DNA from: an uncultured Gammaproteobacteria bacterium
GTDB taxonomy: Bacteria; Pseudomonadota; Gammaproteobacteria; Poriferisulfidales; GCA-002705445
Assembly: GCA_913050095.1 (NCBI GenBank)
Contig: CAJXAV010000003.1
Location: 577 to 64,576, forward strand
Length of the DNA stretch: 64,000 bases
Direction: 5' to 3'
In this document: positions 1-9,077 of the stretch, in pieces
How the letters are laid out: each line of letters starts with the position of its first letter
Position numbering within the stretch: position 1 is the first letter of the stretch
The notes under the pieces: generated by a model
Database searches by the model: none
Seen by the model: only the letters and a program-made list of their open reading frames with translations
Told to the model about the DNA's origin: nothing
Program-made: the position numbers and the translations under genes

Positions 1-535
1 AATTACCTAAGCCCCAATAATCGTAAAACTTAGGAGCAATTGCCACAACACCTGAAGATTCATAATTTAAGAACCATGCGTATGAGTTAAAAAACCACCA
101 AACAAAGTATTGAGCAGCTAAAGTCGAAACCAATAAATAAAAACCTTTAATTCTTATTGCAGGTAGTCCGAATATTATACCGACAAGACCAGCAAAAATT
201 CCTGACAACAACAAAGCGACAGGCAAAGACATTAGACCCTCAGGCACTCTAAGCATAAGGTTATATGTTCCAAATGCTCCTACACACATGAAACCAGCTG
301 TCCCAAGAGAAAGTTGGCCTGTTAAACCAGTTAATATATTCAAACCAACCGTAGCTAGTCCTACTGCTAAAATTGGTATTACGTGCGCACTTAAAAAATA
401 TTCTGATGTTGTTGGGACGTATAAAAATAAAAAAAGTAGCCCTAATATGACTGCTACTTTATCAAACATCATTGGGAAGATTTCTCTATCCTTAAAATAG
501 CTAGTTACAAAATTTCCTGTTTCTCTATATATCAT
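1..535 (-). CDS. Branched-chain amino acid-type ABC transporter permease (LivM family), runs off the window start
   Basis: Not in the ORF track. Manual translation from ATG at 535 gives MIYRETGNFVTSYFKDREIFP...GLNILTGLTGQLSLGTAGFMCVGAF...FGLPAIRIKGFYLLVSTLAAQ, typical LivM motifs; lies directly after the LivH-like gene. Confidence 0.9.
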   Translation of the reverse strand, partial: MIYRETGNFVTSYFKDREIFPMMFDKVAVILGLLFLFLYVPTTSEYFLSAHVIPILAVGLATVGLNILTGLTGQLSLGTAGFMCVGAFGTYNLMLRVPEGLMSLPVALLLSGIFAGLVGIIFGLPAIRIKGFYLLVSTLAAQYFVWWFFNSYAWFLNYESSGVVAIAPKFYDYWGLGN

Positions 536-539
536 TTAT

Positions 540-1469
540 TTACACCCTTTCAATTAATTTTTCACCAAACATGCCTTGTGGTCTAAACACTAAAAATATT
601 AGTGCCATAAAATATGCAAACCATAATTCTATACCTTGCCCACCAAACAAATCGGCTAAATATATTTCGCCTAGTTTTTCACCAACTCCAATAACTAATC
701 CACCAACAATAGCTCCCGGAATAGATGTTAGTCCGCCAATTAATATAACCGGTAAGGCTTTCATAACAGCCTCGATTAAAGTAAATGAAACACTTACCCT
801 TTCAGCCCATAGTAATCCAGCTACAAGAGCGATAATGCCGGTTACAGCCCAGACAACAGCCCAGACAGTTTGAAGCGGAATACCTACAGCCATGGCAGCC
901 ATATGATCATCTGATACAGCTCTTAAAGACAATCCAGTTTTTGTTTTTTGGAAAAAGAAAGCCAATACTACAATTAATGAACCAGCAACTAATGATGCAA
1001 AGATATCAAATTTTGGAATTAAAATATCTAACCATGGAACATGATCTGACATAAAAATTGGTGCTGGGTCTAGCAATCCAATATCTAAAAATTTACTCAT
1101 TTGAAGTCCATGCACATCAGAATCCCAAATAAACTGAGAAAACCCTTCCTGAAATGTTGCAAGACCAACTGTAGCCATAAATAACGCTAATAAATCTTGG
1201 TTTGCTAAAGGTCTAATAACATACCTTTCCGTTGCTACACCAAATATAACCATTATGCCGGCAGCAATAAATAAAGCTGTCCAAAAATCTATTCCATTTT
1301 CTGTCATCTTTACAAAAGTTAAAGATGCAAATAAAAGCATTGTTCCTTGTGCGAAATTAAATATTCCTGAAGACTTGTAAATTAATACAAAACCAATTGC
1401 TACAAGAGAATACATTACTCCTGAAAGTAATCCTCCTACCAAAACTTCTATTAAATAAACCCAATCCAT
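540..1469 (-). CDS. Branched-chain amino acid-type ABC transporter permease (LivH family)
   Basis: GLLSGVMYSLVAIGFVLIYKSSGIFNFAQG, KTGLSLRAVSDD, ILIGGLTSIPGAIVGG and RPQGMFGE motifs. Confidence 0.93.
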   Translation of the reverse strand: MDWVYLIEVLVGGLLSGVMYSLVAIGFVLIYKSSGIFNFAQGTMLLFASLTFVKMTENGIDFWTALFIAAGIMVIFGVATERYVIRPLANQDLLALFMATVGLATFQEGFSQFIWDSDVHGLQMSKFLDIGLLDPAPIFMSDHVPWLDILIPKFDIFASLVAGSLIVVLAFFFQKTKTGLSLRAVSDDHMAAMAVGIPLQTVWAVVWAVTGIIALVAGLLWAERVSVSFTLIEAVMKALPVILIGGLTSIPGAIVGGLVIGVGEKLGEIYLADLFGGQGIELWFAYFMALIFLVFRPQGMFGEKLIERV

Positions 1470-1484
1470 ATTAACACCCCTATA

Positions 1485-2252
1485 TTAGTGACTCACCCCG
1501 AGGTAAGCATCTATGACATCCTGATTTGCCATTACTTCTTTTGGTGAACCATCTCCAATTTTTTTACCGTAATCTAAAACGACTACATGATCTGAAATAT
1601 CCATAACAACACCCATATCATGCTCAATCATTACTGTTGTAATACCTTGCTCTTTATTTATTTCCAATATAAAACAAGACATGTCAGCTTTTTCTTCTAA
1701 ATTCATTCCAGCCATAGGTTCGTCAAGAAGAAGTATTTTTGGCTCAGCAACCAAGGCTCTTCCGAGCTCTACTCTCTTTTGTAATCCGTAAGGAAGTTTT
1801 GAGACCGGAGTTTTTCTTATTGACTCAATTTGTAAAAACTTAATTACTTTTTCTACTGCAAGCCTATTTTGCTTTTCTTCATTTCTTGCTCTTCCAATGT
1901 TAAGACCTTGCTCTAACCATGTAGACTTCATAAATAAGTTTCTACCCGTCATTATGTTTTCTAAAACAGTCATTCCTTGGAATAATGCAATATTTTGAAA
2001 GGTCCTAGCCATTCCAGCTATAGCTGCATCTCTAGGGTTAATGCTTCTTCTGGCAACACCGTCGTATGTAACAGTACCTATTTGCGGTAAATAAACCCCG
2101 TTTATAACATTTAACATCGAGCTTTTACCAGCGCCATTTGGACCGATAACAGCACATATCTCTCCTTCTTTTACATTAAAACTTATATCGGTTATTGCTT
2201 TAACACCGCCAAACTGAAGAGTTACATTTTCTACTTTTAATATGTCTGTCAT
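1485..2252 (-). CDS. ABC transporter ATP-binding protein (LivG family)
   Basis: Walker A GPNGAGKS, ARTFQN, LPYGLQKRVELGRAL, Walker B LLLDEP, IEHDM, C-terminal VIDAYLG. Confidence 0.95.
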   Translation of the reverse strand: MTDILKVENVTLQFGGVKAITDISFNVKEGEICAVIGPNGAGKSSMLNVINGVYLPQIGTVTYDGVARRSINPRDAAIAGMARTFQNIALFQGMTVLENIMTGRNLFMKSTWLEQGLNIGRARNEEKQNRLAVEKVIKFLQIESIRKTPVSKLPYGLQKRVELGRALVAEPKILLLDEPMAGMNLEEKADMSCFILEINKEQGITTVMIEHDMGVVMDISDHVVVLDYGKKIGDGSPKEVMANQDVIDAYLGVSH

Positions 2253-2272
2253 TTTTTTCTCTTATTAAATTT

Positions 2273-4084
2273 TTATATTTTATTAATATTTAATTCATAT
2301 GATAACTGATCAATATCATTTACCTTACAGTTATCTTTATTATTCTCAATGGCGCTGAAAACATCTTTTAAATTTACTTCGATGTTCTTTCTCATAACTT
2401 CCATAGTTTTAGAAACTTCACCTTGGCTCATAATTAATGTTCTATGAAGAACAACAAATCTCTTAATTTTTAATTCAGACTCCAATGTTTCATTCACGCA
2501 GGAAATGTGTTCTTTTATTAAATCTCTAACCTCATCTTTAGAAGCTAACTCAGTGTAACCTGTATATCTAATATTTTTTCTATCTGCCCATGAGTTTACT
2601 GAATTTGGATCAATTACAACAATAACAGAATTTCCATCTTGGCCATTACCAACTATTAAAGAAGATTTTACGAAAGGTGAGCAAGATATTAAATTTTCAA
2701 TACTTTCAGGCGAAAATTGTTTGCCTGATTTTAATGTGACAATGTCTTCTTTTCTACCACTTATCACTATATTTCCAGAATCATCTATACTTCCTACAAA
2801 ACCAGAATTTACCCATCCGTCGTTTGTATTATCATTATTATCAAGACTCTCTGCCATACAATCAGTTTTAAAAATTACTTCAGAACTATCATTTATTTTA
2901 ATTTCTGTTCCAGCCATTGCAGACCCTACATTTTCTGAGGATACTGAGTGATCAGGCTGAACAGCGATACACCCGCATGATACTGCCTGGCCAAAAGAAT
3001 GTTGGATCTCAACGCCTATTGCATGAAAGAAATCAAAGTTAACTTTAGATAAAACTCCATCACTTACAAACGCATGTTTAATTTTTGTTAATCCAAAAAC
3101 ATTTTTAGCTGGGGAGAAAGTTGATAGCATTATCCATGTTTTTCTTATTCTATCAATTACAGACGCATTACCGCCAACTTCTCTTTCATATATTTCCATT
3201 AATAATTTGTAGTGACCCATATATCTATCATAATTTGATTGTGTTGCAGACTCAATTCTATAGCTAATAGATGTAATAATGTGTTTGAAAACAAATGATG
3301 GAGCATAAAGTATTGTTGGGCCAATTTCTTGCAAGTCTTTTTCGATTGTTTGATTACTTTCAGGGAGATTCAATGACATTCCACTTGCTAAAGATGTTAC
3401 AAATGTAAATAACAAATTAGTTGGAATTGATAATGGTAAATATGAAACTATTGAATCTTTAGCCGTTAAAGTATTAAGAGAAACAATTTTATTACTATTA
3501 TTTATCATTGCTGCATGACTGACTTTATATAAAGAGTCTTCATGCTCATCATACAAGTAGAAAGCAATATCATTTTCGTTAATTGCATTAATTTCGTTTT
3601 CAATGCTTGAATCATTTGAATTAGAAATAATATTATCGTATGAATTAAGCTTATCATTTTTATAAGTAGTCATTCCTCGACCATCAAGATAAATTACATT
3701 TTTTACATTGCAGTCATTTTCAACTGTTAAAAATGTATCAACCTGTTGCTGGTCCTCGGCTATTAAAGTCTCAGCTTTTGAAGAATTTAATATTTTTTTT
3801 AACTCTTCACTTGTAGATTCAGGATGAATAGGAACCACTACACCGCCAAGGGACTGAATTGCGGATATAGAAAAAATAAGCTTTGGAACATTATTGCCAT
3901 ATATAGCAACAACTGACCCTTTTTTAATAGAAAGATTTTTTAAAGCATTTGAAAGAATAGTTACTTCAGATAAGTAATTTGACCAACTGTATGAGTTCCA
4001 TATACCTAATTGCTTATACCTAAGCGCTACTGCATCTGGCTGTTTCTGTGTGTGTGATAGTACTAGACCCGGAATAGTTGCCAT
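2273..4084 (-). CDS. Long-chain acyl-CoA synthetase-like (AMP-binding fold) protein with degenerate catalytic motifs
   Basis: N-terminal ALRYKQLGIWNSYSW, AEDQQQVD, SYLP, DLQEIGPT, PESIEN..SP, WADRKNIRYTGYTELA match ABC-operon-associated AMP-binding proteins; TSGTTG, YGxTE, TGD and catalytic Lys motifs are not present. Confidence 0.85.
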   Translation of the reverse strand: MATIPGLVLSHTQKQPDAVALRYKQLGIWNSYSWSNYLSEVTILSNALKNLSIKKGSVVAIYGNNVPKLIFSISAIQSLGGVVVPIHPESTSEELKKILNSSKAETLIAEDQQQVDTFLTVENDCNVKNVIYLDGRGMTTYKNDKLNSYDNIISNSNDSSIENEINAINENDIAFYLYDEHEDSLYKVSHAAMINNSNKIVSLNTLTAKDSIVSYLPLSIPTNLLFTFVTSLASGMSLNLPESNQTIEKDLQEIGPTILYAPSFVFKHIITSISYRIESATQSNYDRYMGHYKLLMEIYEREVGGNASVIDRIRKTWIMLSTFSPAKNVFGLTKIKHAFVSDGVLSKVNFDFFHAIGVEIQHSFGQAVSCGCIAVQPDHSVSSENVGSAMAGTEIKINDSSEVIFKTDCMAESLDNNDNTNDGWVNSGFVGSIDDSGNIVISGRKEDIVTLKSGKQFSPESIENLISCSPFVKSSLIVGNGQDGNSVIVVIDPNSVNSWADRKNIRYTGYTELASKDEVRDLIKEHISCVNETLESELKIKRFVVLHRTLIMSQGEVSKTMEVMRKNIEVNLKDVFSAIENNKDNCKVNDIDQLSYELNINKI

Positions 4085-4395
4085 TTATATTTACTCTCTC
4101 CAAATTTGCTTATATTATTGATTATTAACGATTTAATCGCTTATTATTATTATTTTAAATTTTTTGAAATTTAAAAACAATCAAGATGTGTAAAGTACAC
4201 CAAACATCGCATTGTGACAAGGTATTAATATTAATATTTACCAATTAATAAATCTATATAAGTATATTATAATGTATTTATTAAATTGAAAAACACAACA
4301 TATAGTGTTATTATGTCTTCCCAAGTATATAAAAAAGAGAGATTTTTATCATTACTTGGAAAATCAAAAAACGAAACTTATCAGATAAATATATA

Positions 4396-5145
4396 ATGTT
4401 ATATATTCTGCCAATTATATGTACTTTCGGATTTTCAGGGAGCAATTCTTTTAAATCGGTTGAATTACCATTATCAAAAACAGAAAGTGAATGTTTTATC
4501 AAAAAAGACATGTACTTATCTTTAGATAAAGAAAGATCTTTAAATAAGGTTGAGCAAAATATATTTACTAATAAAATAGATAAACGACTTCCTAAATATA
4601 TTAGATATTTTAAAAAACATACTAGAAATTCAATATTTTCATGGGAGCTTGTAGCTGCAATTTCATATCAAGAATCTCATTGGAACCATAAAGCTGTATC
4701 ACGAACAAGAGTAAAAGGATTGATGATGCTTACAAAAGATACAGCGAGCTATATAGGAATAAAAAATCGATTAGACCCTAATCAAAGTGTTTATGGTGGT
4801 GTGAAATATTTAGAAAATATTTTCAAAAGACTTCCAAAATCTGTACTTGGCTCAGATAGAATTTGGATGACTTTAGCAGCATATAATGTAGGTTTAGGAC
4901 ATCTTGAAGATGCACGAATACTTACTGAAAAATTCGGGGGGAATCCAAATTATTGGTCTGATGTTAAAAAATATTTACCCTATCTAAGATTAAAAAAATA
5001 TTATAAAAATACAAAATATGGTTATGCAAGGGGTAATGAGCCAGTAAAGTATGTTGAAAGAATACAAGCCTACCTCAATGAAATTTATAATAATAAAAAA
5101 ACTTCTTTAGCCTCTCTTAGTTTTAAAAAAATCTTTAATTATTGA
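4396..5145 (+). CDS. mltF: Lytic murein transglycosylase, MltF-like SLT domain only
   Basis: AAISYQESHW, GLMMLT, AAYNVGLGHLEDAR and YGYARGNEPVKYV motifs; convergent with tadA as in enterobacteria; start uncertain; N-terminal solute-binding domain absent. Confidence 0.8.
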   Translation: MLYILPIICTFGFSGSNSFKSVELPLSKTESECFIKKDMYLSLDKERSLNKVEQNIFTNKIDKRLPKYIRYFKKHTRNSIFSWELVAAISYQESHWNHKAVSRTRVKGLMMLTKDTASYIGIKNRLDPNQSVYGGVKYLENIFKRLPKSVLGSDRIWMTLAAYNVGLGHLEDARILTEKFGGNPNYWSDVKKYLPYLRLKKYYKNTKYGYARGNEPVKYVERIQAYLNEIYNNKKTSLASLSFKKIFNY

Positions 5146-5559
5146 AGAACATTCCTCCTTTAAAATTCCGCCAATAAATTTTGGCGTATGATCTAATTTA
5201 TATTCTTTCTTTACATAATTAAATTTTTTATAAAAGTTAACTTCATTTGTATTAAAAGCCCCGAAGATTACTTTATTAATTCTTGCTTCACATATTGCTC
5301 CAATACACATTATACATGGCTCTAAAGAAACATATAAAACGGAGTTATTTAATCTATAATTATTCTTTTTTTTACACGCATCCCTAAGCACATTTATTTC
5401 AGCATGTGCAGTTGGGTCATTTTTACTAATAGATAAATTATGTCCTTCTGAGATCACTTCATTTCTATAAACTAAAACTGCTCCGACTGGAATTTCATTT
5501 TGCAGCCTTGATTTTTTAGCAAGAGAAATACATCTTTTTATGTAATATTCATTATCCAT
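5107..5559 (-). CDS. tadA: tRNA adenosine(34) deaminase
   Basis: EIPVGAVLV, DPTAHAE, LEPCIMC zinc motifs. Confidence 0.92.
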   Translation of the reverse strand: MDNEYYIKRCISLAKKSRLQNEIPVGAVLVYRNEVISEGHNLSISKNDPTAHAEINVLRDACKKKNNYRLNNSVLYVSLEPCIMCIGAICEARINKVIFGAFNTNEVNFYKKFNYVKKEYKLDHTPKFIGGILKEECSSIIKDFFKTKRG

Positions 5560-5651
5560 ATATAACTCGTAGATCTAATATCTTAATATTGGTATCATGT
5601 TTTTTTATTTAGTATCAATATAAATCTTTAAACATTCAAGGAGTAAATAAA

Positions 5652-6200
5652 ATGAACGATAGAATTGTAATGAGAGTTGCAGAATCATTAGTAGCTGGAG
5701 GTCCTCCAGGCACAGCCGCTGAACCAGAAATAATTATTGGAGAACTTGATGGGCCTGTAGGAACAGCGTTCGCAACTCTTTTAGGTGATCAAGTTAAGGG
5801 ACATTCAAGAGTCCTAGCAATTATGAATACCGATATTATGGTTAAACCAGCAACATTGATGGTTAGTAAAGTAACTGTAAAAGACACAAAGTACACAAAT
5901 ATATTGATGGGTACTGTTCAAGGCGCTATAGCGAACGGTGTACTTGATGCCGTAAGAAATGGAGACATACCAAAAGAAAAAGCAAACGATTTAGGAATTA
6001 TTGTATCGGTATGGTTAAATCCATCAGTTATAGAAGATGATAATTTAGATCACAAAATACTTTTTGATATTCATAGAAAAGCAACAGCACAAGCTATACA
6101 TAAAGCTATGAAAAATGAACCAAGTATAGACTGGTTACTAGATAATCAAGAAAGCATAGTTCATAAATATTATCAAATGGGTTTAGACGGTAAGATTTAA
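5652..6200 (+). CDS. fae: Formaldehyde-activating enzyme family protein (divergent Fae homolog)
   Basis: GPVGTAFA, KPATLMVSKVTVK, QGAIANGVLDAV, IPKEKANDL, EPSIDWLL are Fae-family features; AGGAG RBS upstream. Confidence 0.85.
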   Translation: MNDRIVMRVAESLVAGGPPGTAAEPEIIIGELDGPVGTAFATLLGDQVKGHSRVLAIMNTDIMVKPATLMVSKVTVKDTKYTNILMGTVQGAIANGVLDAVRNGDIPKEKANDLGIIVSVWLNPSVIEDDNLDHKILFDIHRKATAQAIHKAMKNEPSIDWLLDNQESIVHKYYQMGLDGKI

Positions 6201-6204
6201 ATAT

Positions 6205-6912
6205 TTATTTTTTTTGTATTACGAAAAAAATTTGAGAATTTAATGAGGCGCCAAGATAAGAAAAAGGTGAAAAACTCTTTTGTATTACGTTAAAGTCTTT
6301 TTCAATTATTAGATTCTCAAGATCGTAATGAGAGAAACCAATATGAGAAGAAATAAAATCAGTGTCTTCATTTCTCTTTATTTTTAAACCAAGTAAGATT
6401 TTAAATATATTTATAAAAGTTAAACCACTGTGAGTTTGTCCAATTATTACTCTTATAATATTCTTTAGAAAACCACCTACTCCAATTTCAATGGGGACAG
6501 AAATAATGCAAACACCATTTTTAGTTAAGAGATTTGCAATATTATTTAAAGCATCTAGTGATAATTTTTTATTTAAATGCTCAAAAACTTCCATACAAAA
6601 TACAACTTCATAACTTTTATTTATTTCACTATATGTATTATAAACACTAATATTATTATTATTAGAAATATTTTTTTTAACCTCTTCATATCTGCCAATC
6701 AAGGGTTCGTATGCTGAAATATCTTTTAAATTTGGTATTTCATTATTTATTTTTTTTAAAAATTCGCCGTCCCCTGTACCGTAATCTAAAATATTAATTG
6801 GAGCTGACAAATAATTTTTTTTCAAAATTTTAATAGCGATATTAAATCTACTATTATGTGAAAATTTTTTTATAAAATTTTTATTAAAATTTGTTAAACT
6901 TGAATAAGACAT
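6205..6912 (-). CDS. Class I SAM-dependent methyltransferase
   Basis: Motif I ILDYGTGDG, VFCMEVFEHL, LTKNGVCIISVP. Confidence 0.8.
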   Translation of the reverse strand: MSYSSLTNFNKNFIKKFSHNSRFNIAIKILKKNYLSAPINILDYGTGDGEFLKKINNEIPNLKDISAYEPLIGRYEEVKKNISNNNNISVYNTYSEINKSYEVVFCMEVFEHLNKKLSLDALNNIANLLTKNGVCIISVPIEIGVGGFLKNIIRVIIGQTHSGLTFINIFKILLGLKIKRNEDTDFISSHIGFSHYDLENLIIEKDFNVIQKSFSPFSYLGASLNSQIFFVIQKK

Positions 6913-6964
6913 GTATTTATTCTACTTTAATTAAAATTAAAAGAAATTATAAATATTAAATTTA

Positions 6965-8428
6965 CTATATCGCCCAACTAGGAAGTTCACTTATTTCTAA
7001 GCCAAAAACATATTTTACAAGAAAAATACAAATTATCGTCACAGTAAATGCTGATATTATATTCAAGAAAAAACCTGCGCGTAACATATCTTTTATATCT
7101 AATTTACCACTTCCAAACACAACAGCATTAGGCGGCGTTGCAATTGGTAGCATAAATGCACAACTCGCGGCTATAGTTGCTGGTATAACAAAAAATAAAG
7201 GATTTTGACCAAGCTCGATTGAAAATATTATTAATATTGGTGCAAAAGTTGCTATGGTCGCTGTATTAGAATTTAACTCTGTCAGAAATATTATTAAAAC
7301 TACCGCAAGAAAAACTAATAAATATACATCGTAGCCTGCAAAAAAAGTTGCATATGATCCTATCCAGATTGCTAAGCCTGAATCATTAAATGCTCTAGAA
7401 AGAGCTATACCACCTCCAACTAGAAGAAGGACTCCCCATGGTATTTTATTTGCAGTATCCCAGCTACAAGCCTTATTTTTTTCTCCAATTGGCAATAAAA
7501 ATAATAGGATTGCTCCAAATAGACCAATAGAGGTATCATTTAAATGTAAGTCAAAAAATTCATTGAGATTCCTTCTAAATATCCATAATGAGGCTGTAAA
7601 GAGAAACACTGCGCCAACGATCTTTTCAGTCAAAGTTGGAGCACCCAGCTTATCTTTCATTACTATTATAGCTTTATCTAAAGAATCTAATTTTTCTGTT
7701 GAAACTTTAAAACTAATTTTTGTTAAAAAAAGCCAAACTAATGGTAATAAAATTAAAACTATTGGAAATCCAATCGCCAACCAATCTGAGAAACTTATGC
7801 TGTAATCATAATTTTCACTTAATATACTAGCTAGCATTATATTTGTTGGAGTTCCAATTAAAGTAGCTGCACCACCAATAGATGCAGAATAAGCAATAGC
7901 TAACAATAATGGCACTGCTAACTCATGATTATTTTTTTTTGATTTATCATAGAAGATATTTATTACTGACGCAGCAATAGGCAACATCATTATTGTAGAT
8001 GCGGTATTACTAACCCACATACTTATTAAAGCGGTAGTAAACATGAAGCCTGCAATAATTTTACTTGGGCTTGTACCAGATAAACGTAATAAATTTAAAG
8101 CAATGCGTTTATGAAGACCGCTTGACTCCATTGCTGAAGCAATAATAAAACCACCAAGAAATAAAAGAACTAAAGGATGAGAGTATGAGCTTGCAATTAT
8201 TTTCAAGTTAAAAATATTAAATACTGGAAATAAAATTAATGGTATTAAACCTGTTACATAAATTGGTATTGCTTCTGTTACCCACCAGATCGTCATTAAT
8301 AACGCAACCCCTGCTGTTAGCCACCCGATTCTGCTAAGACCTTCGGGATGATCAGAAAACAAAAATAATGACAGTGTAAAGAGACCGAATATTAAACCAA
8401 ATGAAGAAACTTTATCTCTGCTAAACAC
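6965..8428 (-). CDS. DASS/SLC13 family sodium:dicarboxylate or sulfate symporter
   Basis: WWVTEAIP, SMWVSNTAST, IGTPTN, TELNSNTAT, FMLPIATPPNA motifs; many transmembrane segments. Confidence 0.93.
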   Translation of the reverse strand: MFSRDKVSSFGLIFGLFTLSLFLFSDHPEGLSRIGWLTAGVALLMTIWWVTEAIPIYVTGLIPLILFPVFNIFNLKIIASSYSHPLVLLFLGGFIIASAMESSGLHKRIALNLLRLSGTSPSKIIAGFMFTTALISMWVSNTASTIMMLPIAASVINIFYDKSKKNNHELAVPLLLAIAYSASIGGAATLIGTPTNIMLASILSENYDYSISFSDWLAIGFPIVLILLPLVWLFLTKISFKVSTEKLDSLDKAIIVMKDKLGAPTLTEKIVGAVFLFTASLWIFRRNLNEFFDLHLNDTSIGLFGAILLFLLPIGEKNKACSWDTANKIPWGVLLLVGGGIALSRAFNDSGLAIWIGSYATFFAGYDVYLLVFLAVVLIIFLTELNSNTATIATFAPILIIFSIELGQNPLFFVIPATIAASCAFMLPIATPPNAVVFGSGKLDIKDMLRAGFFLNIISAFTVTIICIFLVKYVFGLEISELPSWAI

Positions 8429-8487
8429 TTTTTATTTTACCTTGTTTTATTGGGATATCAGGGTCATTCAGACAACTTAGTTGTACA

Positions 8488-8970
8488 TTATTTCTTGTAA
8501 GCGTCGAAGGTAACTCTTTCGCCTTTATACATAGTGCTATACTTTAATTTACCATCGCTACCTAAAAATATAGAGTAAATAATGCTACCACGACCATTGC
8601 CGAAACAGCCAGCCTCAATAGGAAAATACCACTCATTCGTATCTTTACCAAATTTATCTATAAAAAATATCTTTTCATCAAGGGTAACAGAAGTTGAATC
8701 GAAAGTTTCCCATTCACCTCCCCCTTTTAATCTAGAATCTAATTTAAATTCTTCATAACAAGTTTCGGCATTTTCACTGAAGTGAATTTTTGTGTCATGA
8801 AAAAGAAGTGTTTCTGCATCCCATCTTACTGTAGTTGATAATGTCCATGTAGAATTTGACAGATGGTTTTTAGCTTGTTCTTTAGTTTCAATAGTTACTG
8901 AATCTGAACAGGTAAACAATGTAAGTAAAAAAAATAAACTTACAATTAAATATATAAGTTTTTTTGCCAT
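8488..8970 (-). CDS. Hypothetical exported protein, probable lipoprotein
   Basis: 160 aa; KK, hydrophobic stretch, then Cys21 (LTLFTC); beta-strand-like mature region; no recognised family. Confidence 0.6.
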   Translation of the reverse strand: MAKKLIYLIVSLFFLLTLFTCSDSVTIETKEQAKNHLSNSTWTLSTTVRWDAETLLFHDTKIHFSENAETCYEEFKLDSRLKGGGEWETFDSTSVTLDEKIFFIDKFGKDTNEWYFPIEAGCFGNGRGSIIYSIFLGSDGKLKYSTMYKGERVTFDAYKK

Positions 8971-9077
8971 TTTTCGACATTAACATTAATGACATTAAAT
9001 TTCAATATGAAGTAAAAAATCAATCTTTATTCTATGAAAAATAAAAATCTAATTAATTTTTAAGAAAAGTTTATTCG

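Noticed and set aside
4085..4395. 310-nt AT-rich spacer as a possible sRNA or riboswitch, and ORF 4311-4511
   Set aside because: No stable GC stem or known aptamer motif; consistent with divergent promoters; the ORF overlaps mltF in antisense.
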